Positions 7,795-15,366 of a stretch of DNA of 47,815 nt are shown one piece after another (position 1 is the first letter of the stretch; the number at the start of each line of letters is the position of its first letter). The position numbers and the translations under genes are program-made. Origin of the DNA: Thermoplasmatota archaeon. GTDB taxonomy: Archaea; Thermoplasmatota; JASEFT01. The notes under the pieces were generated by a model. It did no database searches. It was given only the letters and a program-made list of their open reading frames with translations, and was not told where the DNA came from. The stretch spans positions 26,037-73,851 of the forward strand of contig JASEFT010000002.1 in NCBI GenBank assembly GCA_030018475.1. The letters run 5' to 3'.

Positions 7795-8469
7795 ATGCCG
7801 GAAACAGTAGAAGAACTAACAACGACTTATTCGCGAGCTGAACTAGACGAAATGGCAGAAGAGCTAGGCTTGGTTCCAGAAGACTACCCTAATAAAGCCG
7901 CAATAGCAAAGGCTATTATTGCAGCAAGAAAAGCCAAACCGCCTGCTGTTAAAATACCCCCGAAAGTAGGCAAGAAAGGCGTGTACGCAAAGATAAAGGC
8001 CGCAGAAAAGTTCACTGCAAAAATGGACGCAGACGTAAAGGCACAAATTGGAGAAAACGTAGAAGCAGTCAAAAAGATAGAAACTGGTATTAGGGAAGTC
8101 GGGGGAAAGATAGAAGAAAAAGTTGATGACATTCAGTCAGCTGTAGACACACAGATAAAAGAGAACCAAGCTAAGGTTGCAGAGATAGGCAAAGATATCA
8201 AAGCACAGCAAAGGGAGAACATAGCGGCAGTCAAAAAGATAGAGACTGGCATAAGTGAAGTAACAAAGGCGAACGAAGCAAAAGTCAAGCAAATCCAGGC
8301 AGACATAGGAAAGCTGGTTAAGGAAAATCTAAGCGCAGTCAAAAAGATCAGTGAAGGTATAAAAGAGCAAGCAAGAGAAAACAAAGAGGCAGTTGAAGCG
8401 TTCGAACCAAAGGTTAGGGAATTGCAGACTGCTAACAAGAAATACGTAGACGACTTCTACTATGGCTGA
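7795..8469 (+). CDS. GvpC-like repeat protein (amphipathic coiled-coil repeats; SAP/Rho-N-like N-terminal motif; C-terminal KKYVDDFYYG)
   Basis: It occupies the gvpC position of the A-C-N-O order. There are three repeats of EN(V/I/L)xAVKKI(E/S)(T/E)GI.E. The N-terminus SRAELDEMAEELGLVPEDYPNKAAIAKAIIAA resembles SAP/Rho_N helix-hairpin motifs. An SD AGGAGGT sits 7 nt upstream. Confidence 0.5.
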   Translation: MPETVEELTTTYSRAELDEMAEELGLVPEDYPNKAAIAKAIIAARKAKPPAVKIPPKVGKKGVYAKIKAAEKFTAKMDADVKAQIGENVEAVKKIETGIREVGGKIEEKVDDIQSAVDTQIKENQAKVAEIGKDIKAQQRENIAAVKKIETGISEVTKANEAKVKQIQADIGKLVKENLSAVKKISEGIKEQARENKEAVEAFEPKVRELQTANKKYVDDFYYG

Positions 8470-8500
8470 GCCATAGTATCTCTTTTTTTATTTTATTTTC
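8459..8500 (+). terminator. intrinsic-terminator-like hairpin ACTATGGC-TGA-GCCATAGT followed by T-rich tract
   Basis: Perfect 8-bp stem at 8459-8477 spanning the stop codon, then TCTCTTTTTTTATTTTATTTT. Confidence 0.5.
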
Positions 8501-8523
8501 GGAAAAAAAGAAAAGGGTTTAGA

Positions 8524-8685
8524 ATGACGACTATTGAAGAGATCAAAGCTGGGATTCTGGAAAAAGGTATCGAAAGAGAGATAGGAATCAAAAAAATACG
8601 AGCTGAGCTACAAAAGAAGAGAAAAGAAATAGAAGAAGGCAGAAAGAGATATAGAGCTAAATTTTGTCTAAAAACTAAAAAATAA
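8524..8685 (+). CDS. small K/E-rich ORF (53 aa), unannotated in track
   Basis: MTTIEEIKAGILEKGIEREIGIKKIRAELQKKRKEIEEGRKRYRAKFCLKTKK. It lies between the terminator and the gvpN promoter and contains a half-site GGTATCGAAAG. It is below the 60-aa track cutoff. Confidence 0.2.
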   Translation: MTTIEEIKAGILEKGIEREIGIKKIRAELQKKRKEIEEGRKRYRAKFCLKTKK

Positions 8686-8703
8686 TTTTTATTCCGATTT
8701 ATG

Positions 8704-8733
8704 TATCGAAATTCGAAACGAAAAGTTATAAAT
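8704..8733 (+). promoter_or_regulatory. gvpN1 promoter: inverted repeat TATCGAA-A-TTCGAAA (8704-8718) abutting purine-rich BRE-like CGAAAAG and TATA-like TTATAAAT (8726-8733)
   Basis: The TATA box is ~35-40 nt upstream of the ATG at 8769. The palindrome (one mismatch) directly flanks the BRE/TATA, which suggests an operator. Confidence 0.45.
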
Positions 8734-8768
8734 ACCCTACTACTTAACCTTATTTCGAAGGTGATTAA

Positions 8769-9779
8769 ATGGGATATGTAAGCATACATCAAAGGAAAGT
8801 GAGAGGTGCATCGGTTCATGACACTCTCGAAACAAAAAGAACCGAAGAGGCAATTAGGGAACAGGAAGTGGAACGCCCTAAACTTGATAGAGAAGTTGTT
8901 GAGGCGACTTATCTAACTCCAGAAGTTGAGAACTTTGTCGAAACACCCCAAGTAAAAAAGATCGAGAGCAGGATAGAACTTTGGCTCAAGATCGGCTACC
9001 CAGTTCACATAATTGGGCCGACAGGTTGCGGGAAGACAACTATAGCGATGCATGTAGCAAGTAAGTTAGGAAGACCAGTTGTGTGGCTAAATGGAGATGA
9101 ATACGTGACAACAACAGATTTTATTGGCGGCTATTCTCAAGTAGAGGTTGAAAGCTTGAGGGACAAATTTATCCATAACGTGTTCAAAAACAAGGATATA
9201 CTAAAAGCAGACTGGGTGGATAACCCACTAACACTTGCATGCAAATACGGCTATACTTTGGTTTACAACGAGTTCTCCAGGACAAGACCAGAAGCAAATA
9301 ACATCTTGTTGTCTGTTTTGGAGGAAGGCATACTAGAACTGCCGACAAAGTTCGGTGAGGAAAGATATGTGCGTGTACATCCAGATTTTAATATGATAGT
9401 GACAAGCAACTCGGTTGAGTACGCAGGTGTGCATCGCCCGCAGGATGCGCTGCTAGACAGGATGATAGGCATATATATGGACTTTTATGATTTCGATACT
9501 GAGGTAGAAATAGTCAAAGCACATACGGGTATAGCAACAAAAGAGGCGAGAAAGGTAGTAAGTGTTGTTAGGAAGCTACGGGAGAAACTAGAAGAAGCAG
9601 AGAAACCTGGTACAAGAGCAGGTATAATGATTGCATATGGGTTACAGGGGCTAGATGGCTATAACAAAGAAGATTTTGAACAGCTTTGTATTGATGCATT
9701 AGCAACGAAAGCAAAAGGGCAGAAAGATTTGGATAAAAAGATCAAATTGGTAAAAGAGGTGGTTAAAGAAATATTTTAG
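8769..9779 (+). CDS. gvpN: GvpN AAA+ ATPase (copy 1)
   Basis: Walker A IIGPTGCGKTT, Walker B hydrophobic-LVYNEF, sensor region SNSVEYAGVHRPQDALLDRM. Position is after gvpA-A-C as in haloarchaeal gvpACNO. 336 aa. Confidence 0.9.
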   Translation: MGYVSIHQRKVRGASVHDTLETKRTEEAIREQEVERPKLDREVVEATYLTPEVENFVETPQVKKIESRIELWLKIGYPVHIIGPTGCGKTTIAMHVASKLGRPVVWLNGDEYVTTTDFIGGYSQVEVESLRDKFIHNVFKNKDILKADWVDNPLTLACKYGYTLVYNEFSRTRPEANNILLSVLEEGILELPTKFGEERYVRVHPDFNMIVTSNSVEYAGVHRPQDALLDRMIGIYMDFYDFDTEVEIVKAHTGIATKEARKVVSVVRKLREKLEEAEKPGTRAGIMIAYGLQGLDGYNKEDFEQLCIDALATKAKGQKDLDKKIKLVKEVVKEIF

Positions 9780-9790
9780 GAGGTAAAAAT

Positions 9791-10168
9791 ATGGCCGAGG
9801 AAAAAAGAGTTGAAGCTGTAATTAAGGAGGCAAAAATTAGGAAGATAGTCGATCTGTGGAGTCACAAACCAAGAGGATTGCAGTTTAATGATACAGATGC
9901 TCTGATAGTGACTGCAGAAACCGAGGCTGGAAAGATAATAAATGAAACGTTCTACTTCTGTCTAAAACCAGATGGAACGTTTAATATAGATACTGTAAGC
10001 AAGAATGGCAGCCATGTGAGGAGACAAAGACTTGCTAGTTTCCTAACACACTACAAGATCACAGACACACCAAAAAGCTACAATATAAAGGAAGGAGTAG
10101 AAAAATGGAAGGGGAAAAAGATAGAAATTGTCCCATACAAAGATGAGGGATATATCTATATTCCATAG
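9791..10168 (+). CDS. hypothetical gvp-associated protein (paralog of 21825..22421)
   Basis: The C-terminus RRQRLASFLTHYKITDTPKSYNIKEGVEKWKGKKIEIVPYKDEGYIYIP parallels RRKRLESFLKHYKITDKIEGYSIPERMKEWKKKKVKVVTYKGQDQIFIP of ORF 21825. SD AGGAGGT upstream. Confidence 0.5.
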   Translation: MAEEKRVEAVIKEAKIRKIVDLWSHKPRGLQFNDTDALIVTAETEAGKIINETFYFCLKPDGTFNIDTVSKNGSHVRRQRLASFLTHYKITDTPKSYNIKEGVEKWKGKKIEIVPYKDEGYIYIP

Positions 10169-10179
10169 GAGGTAATAAA

Positions 10180-10449
10180 ATGGTAACAGCAGAAATTAGT
10201 AAAATAGGAAAACAAAGCCTCTCCACAATAGGGAGTCTTTTAAACAAAAAACCTGAAAGCGTGGTAAGCGTTAGCAAAGAAGGAAAGGAATGGAAAGTCC
10301 TCGCTGAGGTATTGGAAAGAAGGGCGGTGCCTGATACGCAGGACATTCTTGGGAGATATGAGATGCGCTTGAATGAAGAAGGCGAGCTCTTGGGCTACAA
10401 GCAGGTAATGACAAGGAGGAGAGCGGATCTAATAGTAGAAGAAGAGTAG
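10180..10449 (+). CDS. gvpO: GvpO-like protein
   Basis: The 89-aa sequence VSVSKEGKEWKVLAEVLERRAVPDTQDILGRYEMRLNEEGELLGYKQVMTRRRADL fits my recollection of the GvpO family pattern (W.V..EVVER..VPDT.D.L..YE..LD..GEL.GY.R..RY.R). Position follows gvpN as in gvpACNO. SD GGAGGT upstream. Confidence 0.5.
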   Translation: MVTAEISKIGKQSLSTIGSLLNKKPESVVSVSKEGKEWKVLAEVLERRAVPDTQDILGRYEMRLNEEGELLGYKQVMTRRRADLIVEEE

Positions 10450-10484
10450 ATAAATATTAGAATAACTGAGAAGAGGTGAATGTA

Positions 10485-10613
10485 ATGGGAAAAGAAAGGC
10501 CGATAACAAAGTATGACCTGAGGGTTGCAAAAAGTAAGCGTCATCTAGATGCGCAGTCAAAAAGATGGAGTGCAAAGTATCAAAGAAGACCCAGGATTTG
10601 CAGAGGAGAGTAG
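10485..10613 (+). CDS. small basic ORF (42 aa), unannotated in track
   Basis: MGKERPITKYDLRVAKSKRHLDAQSKRWSAKYQRRPRICRGE with SD-like GAGAAGAGGTGAA upstream. Its stop abuts the next ORF start. Speculative. Confidence 0.2.
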   Translation: MGKERPITKYDLRVAKSKRHLDAQSKRWSAKYQRRPRICRGE

Positions 10614-10880
10614 GTGACAAATATGCCATCAGTTAAAGAATACACAAAACGGCTTGAGAAAGCAATTAAAGAAATAGGAGCAGGTATTGAAGAAAAATCT
10701 AAAATAATAGACAAAGGAGTCAAGGAAATACAGGCAGGAATGGAAGAAACATCCAGGCGTGTAGAGAGAGGAGTCAAGGAAATACAGGCAGGGATGGATG
10801 AAACCGCTAAAAGAGTTGAAAAAGGCGTTGAGGAATTGCAAACTGATAAGAAGAAGTTTACAAAAGCGTTCTGGGGCTAG
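10614..10880 (+). CDS. short coiled-coil repeat protein with C-terminal KKFTKAFWG motif (GvpC-like/phasin-like family member)
   Basis: Repeats KGVKEIQAGMEETSRRVE / RGVKEIQAGMDETAKRVE / KGVEELQ. The track start is GTG at 10614; ATG at 10623 (MPSVKEY) is an alternative. The C-terminal motif is shared with 7795 and 26940. Confidence 0.45.
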   Translation: MTNMPSVKEYTKRLEKAIKEIGAGIEEKSKIIDKGVKEIQAGMEETSRRVERGVKEIQAGMDETAKRVEKGVEELQTDKKKFTKAFWG

Positions 10881-10893
10881 ATAAGTAAAATAA

Positions 10894-11931
10894 ATGGGGG
10901 TAATAGGAATGTATGAAAAAGATAGATATGATATAACAGGAAGAAAAACAAGAGGCGGAGTAAGATACCATAAAACCATGGAAGAAAAAGAAATGGAAAG
11001 AAGAGAAGCAGAACTCAAGGCTATGCAGCTTGAGAAAACCAGGCAAGAAATTGAGGAGCAATTTCTAACGCCTAAGGCAGAGGTATTCGTTGAAACCGAA
11101 GAAATCAAAGACCTGGAAGAAAGAGTAAAAACTTGGATCGGCCTCGGCTATCCAGTTCACATAATAGGACCAACAGGTTGCGGGAAGACTATGTTAGCAG
11201 TCCACGTAGCGAGTCAGCGTGGAAGACCAGTAGTATGGCTGAATGGTGATGAGGAGATGACAACAACACACCTTGTTGGTGGATACGGACAATACTTGGA
11301 GGAGCACTATCATGACAGATTCATTCATAATGTCTATAAAAGCAGAGAAATGGTTGAACCTGGTTGGGTAGATAATCCATTGACAATTGCATGCAAATAT
11401 GGCTATACATTAATCTATAATGAGTTTTCCAGAGCTAAACCAGAGGCAAATAATGTTTTACTTTCTGTGTTAGAGGAAAAAATACTTGAACTGCCAACAA
11501 AGTTCGGTGAGGAAAGATATATCAAAGTACATCCGGACTTTGCTGCAATACTAACCAGCAACTCAATAGAATACGCAGGGGTACACGCCCCGCAGGATGC
11601 ATTGCTAGACAGAATGATAGCTTTGCATATGGGCTATTACAGTTTCGATACCGAGGTAGAGATCGTCAAAGCCCAAACAGGCATACCTGAGAAGGAAGCA
11701 AAAAAAGTAGTAAAGGTGGTGAGAGCAATAAGAGACAAGCTTCCAGAGGCAGAGAAGCCAGGGTCGAGAGCGTGTATACAGGTTGCTCAAGGACTGCAAG
11801 CGTGGAACGGTTACAGTAAGAAAAACTTCGAAAAAGTATGCATTGATGTGCTTGGATGCAAGATGAAAGGGCTAGACGAGTTATCTAAGATGGAGAAACT
11901 GATAAAAGAAGCGCTTGACAAGCTCACATAA
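10894..11931 (+). CDS. gvpN: GvpN AAA+ ATPase (copy 2)
   Basis: Walker A IIGPTGCGKTM. Clearly paralogous to 8769..9779 over its whole length (GLGYPVHIIGPTGCGKT...PVVWLNGDE...DNPLT.ACKYGYTL.YNEFSR.KPEANN.LLSVLEE.ILELPTKFGEERY..VHPDF). 345 aa. Confidence 0.9.
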   Translation: MGVIGMYEKDRYDITGRKTRGGVRYHKTMEEKEMERREAELKAMQLEKTRQEIEEQFLTPKAEVFVETEEIKDLEERVKTWIGLGYPVHIIGPTGCGKTMLAVHVASQRGRPVVWLNGDEEMTTTHLVGGYGQYLEEHYHDRFIHNVYKSREMVEPGWVDNPLTIACKYGYTLIYNEFSRAKPEANNVLLSVLEEKILELPTKFGEERYIKVHPDFAAILTSNSIEYAGVHAPQDALLDRMIALHMGYYSFDTEVEIVKAQTGIPEKEAKKVVKVVRAIRDKLPEAEKPGSRACIQVAQGLQAWNGYSKKNFEKVCIDVLGCKMKGLDELSKMEKLIKEALDKLT

Positions 11932-11962
11932 CAAACTGTTGTTCTAACAGGCTTATAGGACG

Positions 11963-12778
11963 GTGAAGATGAAGGACGAGGTGGAAAGACGTAAAGAGAA
12001 AAGGGAAAAGATAAGAGCAAATAAGAGAAAACAGAGAGAACTTGTAGAAGCTCATCAGGAAAAAATTAGAGAAGAAATCAAACCATACCTCACGAGAAGG
12101 AAGAGGGCGCACGATTTAAAAGTAGAGGAATTGCAAAAAGATATAAAAGAAAAAGGCAGAGTGCAAAAGGAAGAGGCTAGAGAAAAAGTAAAAAAGCAGC
12201 AGGAAAGGCAGAAAGCAAAAGTAGAGGCTCAGAAAGAGAAGATAAGACTGCAGCAGATTAAGCAAAGAGAAACTGTAGCAGCGCAAATGGAAAAACAGCA
12301 AGCAAGGCTTAAACCAATAATTGAAAGAAATAGGGAAATAGTAGAAGACAGAAAACTCACTAGTAGATTAGATGAGATAAGAAGAGGAAGATTCCTTTTT
12401 ACTTATTCAACCATGCCATCAAAAAAGTTTGCAGACTCAACAACCTATTCTCCAAAGCATTCAACAGTACCAGATCCTGAGTTTAGAGAAAAAACAACTT
12501 ACTCACCAAAGTACACAACTGTACCAGATCCAAAATTTGCAGAAAAAACAAATTTCTCGCCCAAATTCAAGACAGTACCAAAACTGGAGTTTGCGGAGAA
12601 AACAACTTATTCACCCAAGCACTCAACTGTGCCTAAGCCGGAATTTGCAGAGAAGACAACACATTCAACAGTGCCGAGCATAGATTTTGCGCACTCTACA
12701 CACTACTCGATCGTAGAGTTTGAGAGAGTAGCTGATGATAAGGTAAAAACTGAGAAAGAGCGAAAATGGATGGAATAA
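11963..12778 (+). CDS. K/E/R-rich coiled-coil protein with C-terminal 18-aa tandem repeats (TTYSPKHSTVPDPEFxEK x4-5)
   Basis: The N-terminal ~150 aa are almost entirely K/E/R/Q (charged single alpha-helix or coiled-coil type). The C-terminal repeats are TTYSPKHSTVPDPEFREK / TTYSPKYTTVPDPKFAEK / TNFSPKFKTVPKLEFAEK / TTYSPKHSTVPKPEFAEK / TTHSTVPSIDFAHS. A DNA tandem repeat lies at ~12440-12700. Confidence 0.5.
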   Translation: MKMKDEVERRKEKREKIRANKRKQRELVEAHQEKIREEIKPYLTRRKRAHDLKVEELQKDIKEKGRVQKEEAREKVKKQQERQKAKVEAQKEKIRLQQIKQRETVAAQMEKQQARLKPIIERNREIVEDRKLTSRLDEIRRGRFLFTYSTMPSKKFADSTTYSPKHSTVPDPEFREKTTYSPKYTTVPDPKFAEKTNFSPKFKTVPKLEFAEKTTYSPKHSTVPKPEFAEKTTHSTVPSIDFAHSTHYSIVEFERVADDKVKTEKERKWME

Positions 12779-12779
12779 G

Positions 12780-13202
12780 ATGACAGTACTTGACCCAACA
12801 AGAGGTAAAAAGAAAGGCTCTAAAATAATGCCTGAGATGGAAAGATTGATTAGGCAGCAGGAACGCATAAAAAAGCAGACTGAAAGACTTGCAGCGCAAA
12901 AACTAAAAGGATTGCACGGGCGAGCAGAACTCACTGCTTCAAAATTGACACGTGGCGAGCTAGCGCGAAAGCTAGCGGAACAGAAAAGGCTTAATGCACA
13001 GGATAAAAGGATTCTAAAACAGTACGAGGCTGAGAGAGAAAGAGCGCTTGCTGCGAGGCTACGAGGAGAGGCAGTGACTGGGATAGATTTAACAGAAAGG
13101 GCAAAGGTTTCAAGAGAGCTTAGATGGACTGGAAAATGGAAGAGAAGAAAGGCAAAAATGGATGCCGTAGCAAGAAAATATGTGATTAAAGCAGAAAAAT
13201 AA
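12780..13202 (+). CDS. basic R/K-rich helical protein (possible GvpI-like)
   Basis: 140 aa, strongly basic (RQQERIKKQTERLAAQKLKG...). The start is 1 nt after the upstream stop. The GvpI analogy rests only on basic composition. Confidence 0.4.
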   Translation: MTVLDPTRGKKKGSKIMPEMERLIRQQERIKKQTERLAAQKLKGLHGRAELTASKLTRGELARKLAEQKRLNAQDKRILKQYEAERERALAARLRGEAVTGIDLTERAKVSRELRWTGKWKRRKAKMDAVARKYVIKAEK

Positions 13203-13223
13203 AATTTAAAGGAGGTGGAAAAA

Positions 13224-13361
13224 ATGGTGAGTATTAGCCCCGGGATGAAAACTTACGGCGATTTGGGTAGAAAGCTCGATGCCAGAAAACCCTTGCTAGA
13301 ATCAAAAATGAGGGCAAGAATAGAAAAGTCAAAGTTAAAATGGCAAAGGAGAATTAGATAA
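13224..13361 (+). CDS. small basic ORF (45 aa) with strong SD, unannotated in track
   Basis: MVSISPGMKTYGDLGRKLDARKPLLESKMRARIEKSKLKWQRRIR. AAAGGAGGTGG lies 6 nt upstream of the ATG. Confidence 0.3.
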   Translation: MVSISPGMKTYGDLGRKLDARKPLLESKMRARIEKSKLKWQRRIR

Positions 13362-13380
13362 GTTCCAATAAGTGATTTAA

Positions 13381-13689
13381 ATGGATCAAGCAAAATACGA
13401 ACGGATAAAGGCAGCACATTTAGCAAGAGATAGGCTGAAGAGACAAAAGAAGATAGGTCGCTCTGGGTATCTAGCTAGAAAAATTGCAGCAAGAAGAAAA
13501 TATTTCAAACAGAAAAGAAAAGCACTTGATAGAAATTTTGAGGGAAAAAAGCAAGCGAGAGTAGGTAGAGAACATGGTAAATGGAACAGGAAATCAGCTA
13601 AATGGCTGAGCAAGGGCGCAAAATGGACTGGCAAATGGGAGCATAGAGCTGCAAAATTTAGTGCTAGAATGGAAAAACTGTTTGGCTAG
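13381..13689 (+). CDS. basic K/R-rich protein with repeated KW/GKW motifs
   Basis: The 102-aa sequence ...GREHGKWNRKSAKWLSKGAKWTGKWEHRAAKF has a composition like haloarchaeal GvpI. Compositional analogy only. Confidence 0.4.
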   Translation: MDQAKYERIKAAHLARDRLKRQKKIGRSGYLARKIAARRKYFKQKRKALDRNFEGKKQARVGREHGKWNRKSAKWLSKGAKWTGKWEHRAAKFSARMEKLFG

Positions 13690-13744
13690 AGGCGTCTAGT
13701 GTTTCTCAAAAGCTACTAGGAGAGCGAAGAGGCTACCTAAAAGA

Positions 13745-13759
13745 TATCGAAATTCGATA
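13745..13759. promoter_or_regulatory. 15-bp inverted repeat TATCGAA-A-TTCGATA (candidate operator, copy 3)
   Basis: Perfect 7-bp arms, 21 nt upstream of the ATG of the GvpJ/M-like gene at 13780. It overlaps the position where a TATA box would sit if the transcript is leaderless. Confidence 0.4.
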
Positions 13760-13779
13760 CGAACTTGGATATTGGATAA

Positions 13780-14175
13780 ATGGTAAATGTAAGACCTGCA
13801 AGTGAAGGCTTAAAAGAAGTTTTGGATAGGATACTAGATAAAGGAATTGTTATTGATTTGAATGCAAGAGCCTGCCTTAGCGATTTTGAGCTTTTAGGCA
13901 TAAACGCAATTGTTATTTTGAGCTCGTTCAAAACAGCTGCAAAGATCGGCATGGATTTTCCAGAGGGGACGAAAATGGATACTCCTGCATGGAAGGATTT
14001 ACTGTCAAAGCAGCCATGCCCGCTCTGCGGCAAGGAGTCGAGAACAAAAGAATTAAAAGAAGAAGGCTGCCCTTGGTGCGGCTGGAATTACAGACCTAAG
14101 TATAAAGAAGATAAGAAAACTTTCGAAAAAGAGCGAAAATATAGGTATGGGAAGGGAGGGAAATGGAGGAAATAG
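13780..14175 (+). CDS. GvpA-family (GvpJ/M-like) protein with C-terminal CxxC...CPWCGW zinc ribbon
   Basis: GvpA core [48 protein letters not shown], then CPLCGKESRTKELKEEGCPWCGWNY. Confidence 0.8.
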   Translation: MVNVRPASEGLKEVLDRILDKGIVIDLNARACLSDFELLGINAIVILSSFKTAAKIGMDFPEGTKMDTPAWKDLLSKQPCPLCGKESRTKELKEEGCPWCGWNYRPKYKEDKKTFEKERKYRYGKGGKWRK

Positions 14176-14549
14176 AAATATTAAGACCGGAAATAGAAAC
14201 TGAGGATACTGGCTTGGCAGGTGCAATTGACAGAATTCTAGATAAAGGTTTAGTGCTCAATGCAGATATTACAGTATCGGTTGCTGGTACTGAGTTATTG
14301 GGCATAAAAATAAGAGCTGCGCTCGCTAGTTTCGAAACTGCCGCAAAATATGGCTTAGAATTTCCATCTGGAACGAACATAAACACTGCAGCCTGGAAAG
14401 AGGCAACAATAGAGAAAGATACTTGTCCGCAGTGTGGTAAAAGATCATCTATAGAGGAATTGTTAAACGAGAGCTGTCCTTGGTGCGGCTGGGTATCTGC
14501 AAAGGCAAAAGTAGCAGTAAAACAAAAAGTAAAAGTGTTACAAAAGTGA
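14163..14549 (+). CDS. GvpA-family (GvpJ/M-like) protein with C-terminal CPQCG...CPWCGW zinc ribbon (paralog of preceding gene)
   Basis: LAGAIDRILDKGLVLNADITVSVAGTELLGIKIRAALASFETAAKYG, then CPQCGKRSSIEELLNESCPWCGWVS. Overlaps the upstream gene by 13 nt. Confidence 0.8.
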   Translation: MEEIEILRPEIETEDTGLAGAIDRILDKGLVLNADITVSVAGTELLGIKIRAALASFETAAKYGLEFPSGTNINTAAWKEATIEKDTCPQCGKRSSIEELLNESCPWCGWVSAKAKVAVKQKVKVLQK

Positions 14550-14556
14550 AACAAAA

Positions 14557-15357
14557 ATGGTTGATAACTCGTTCAAAAGGCTTGCTGAGTTCTTACCTTC
14601 AGATAAAAAAATTGCTGTTCTTAATGAGCTTTTAACTGTTTATGACGAAAGTGAGTTAGCGAAACTGCTTAAGTGCGATCCTCCTCTTATCAAGAAATGG
14701 TTGAGAAAAGCTCCGAGCAATAAATACATGCCCAAAATACTAGGGCTTGCTTTTTTCCGCTCCCCAAATATAGGTGATATACTTAAAGAAACGTTAACTG
14801 AGTTTGATTCTTTAGCTAAGTTGCTCGGCATAAAAGATGTAACTAGCAAGTTGGGCATTTTTATGAAGGAATTAGATGAAAGGAGCAGGGAAATAGTCTG
14901 GTATCTACTGAGAAACGGTCATGCAAATATTCGCGAGCTTGCAGAGATAACTAACGCAAAGACAGATAATGAAGTTCTTGTTAGGGTGAGAGAGCTTATA
15001 AACCCAAAATCAAAAGAACTCTTCGGTAAAGAAATAATGAAATTCGAAGAAGCTAAAATTAATTCTGTAACAGGTGAAAAAATTCTATTTTCATGGTGGC
15101 TGACTGAGAATATTCTACCTCTGGAGAGAGCCCCAACACTACTTGACGTATTTGATGAAAATTCTCGGATTAAAATAGTAGCAGAACTGCCGAGAGTTAA
15201 AGAAGATGATATAAAAATAGATATTGCACACCAGATCCTTACTATTTCAACTAATGGATATCAAAAAACAATCCCCCTATTTTGTAAGGTAAAGAAGATT
15301 GAAAAAACCTACAGGAATGGGATACTGGAGCTGAAGCTAGAAAAAGCTATGGAATGA
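14557..15357 (+). CDS. HTH-like N-terminal region fused to Hsp20/alpha-crystallin domain (GvpH-like)
   Basis: The C-terminus LLDVFDENSRIKIVAELPRVKEDDIKIDIAHQILTISTNGYQKTIPLFCKVKKIEKTYRNGILELKLEKA is an alpha-crystallin core. The N-terminal IVWYLLRNGHANIRELAEITNAKTDNEVLVRVRELI looks like a helix-turn-helix. Confidence 0.6.
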   Translation: MVDNSFKRLAEFLPSDKKIAVLNELLTVYDESELAKLLKCDPPLIKKWLRKAPSNKYMPKILGLAFFRSPNIGDILKETLTEFDSLAKLLGIKDVTSKLGIFMKELDERSREIVWYLLRNGHANIRELAEITNAKTDNEVLVRVRELINPKSKELFGKEIMKFEEAKINSVTGEKILFSWWLTENILPLERAPTLLDVFDENSRIKIVAELPRVKEDDIKIDIAHQILTISTNGYQKTIPLFCKVKKIEKTYRNGILELKLEKAME

Positions 15358-15366
15358 TAAAAAAAA

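Noticed and set aside
7864-8438. Minus-strand ORFs inside the GvpC-like gene (7864..8046, 7884..8132, 8133..8438)
   Set aside because: Antisense to a gene with clear repeat structure, SD and operon position. Their low-complexity hydrophobic products have no motifs.
8493-8819. 108-aa minus-strand ORF spanning the gvpN1 promoter
   Set aside because: It overlaps the terminator, the operator palindrome, the TATA box and the gvpN start on the opposite strand. The product is hydrophobic low-complexity sequence (FLFFCSSARIFLIPISLSIPF), typical of antisense translation of K/E-rich or AT-rich DNA.
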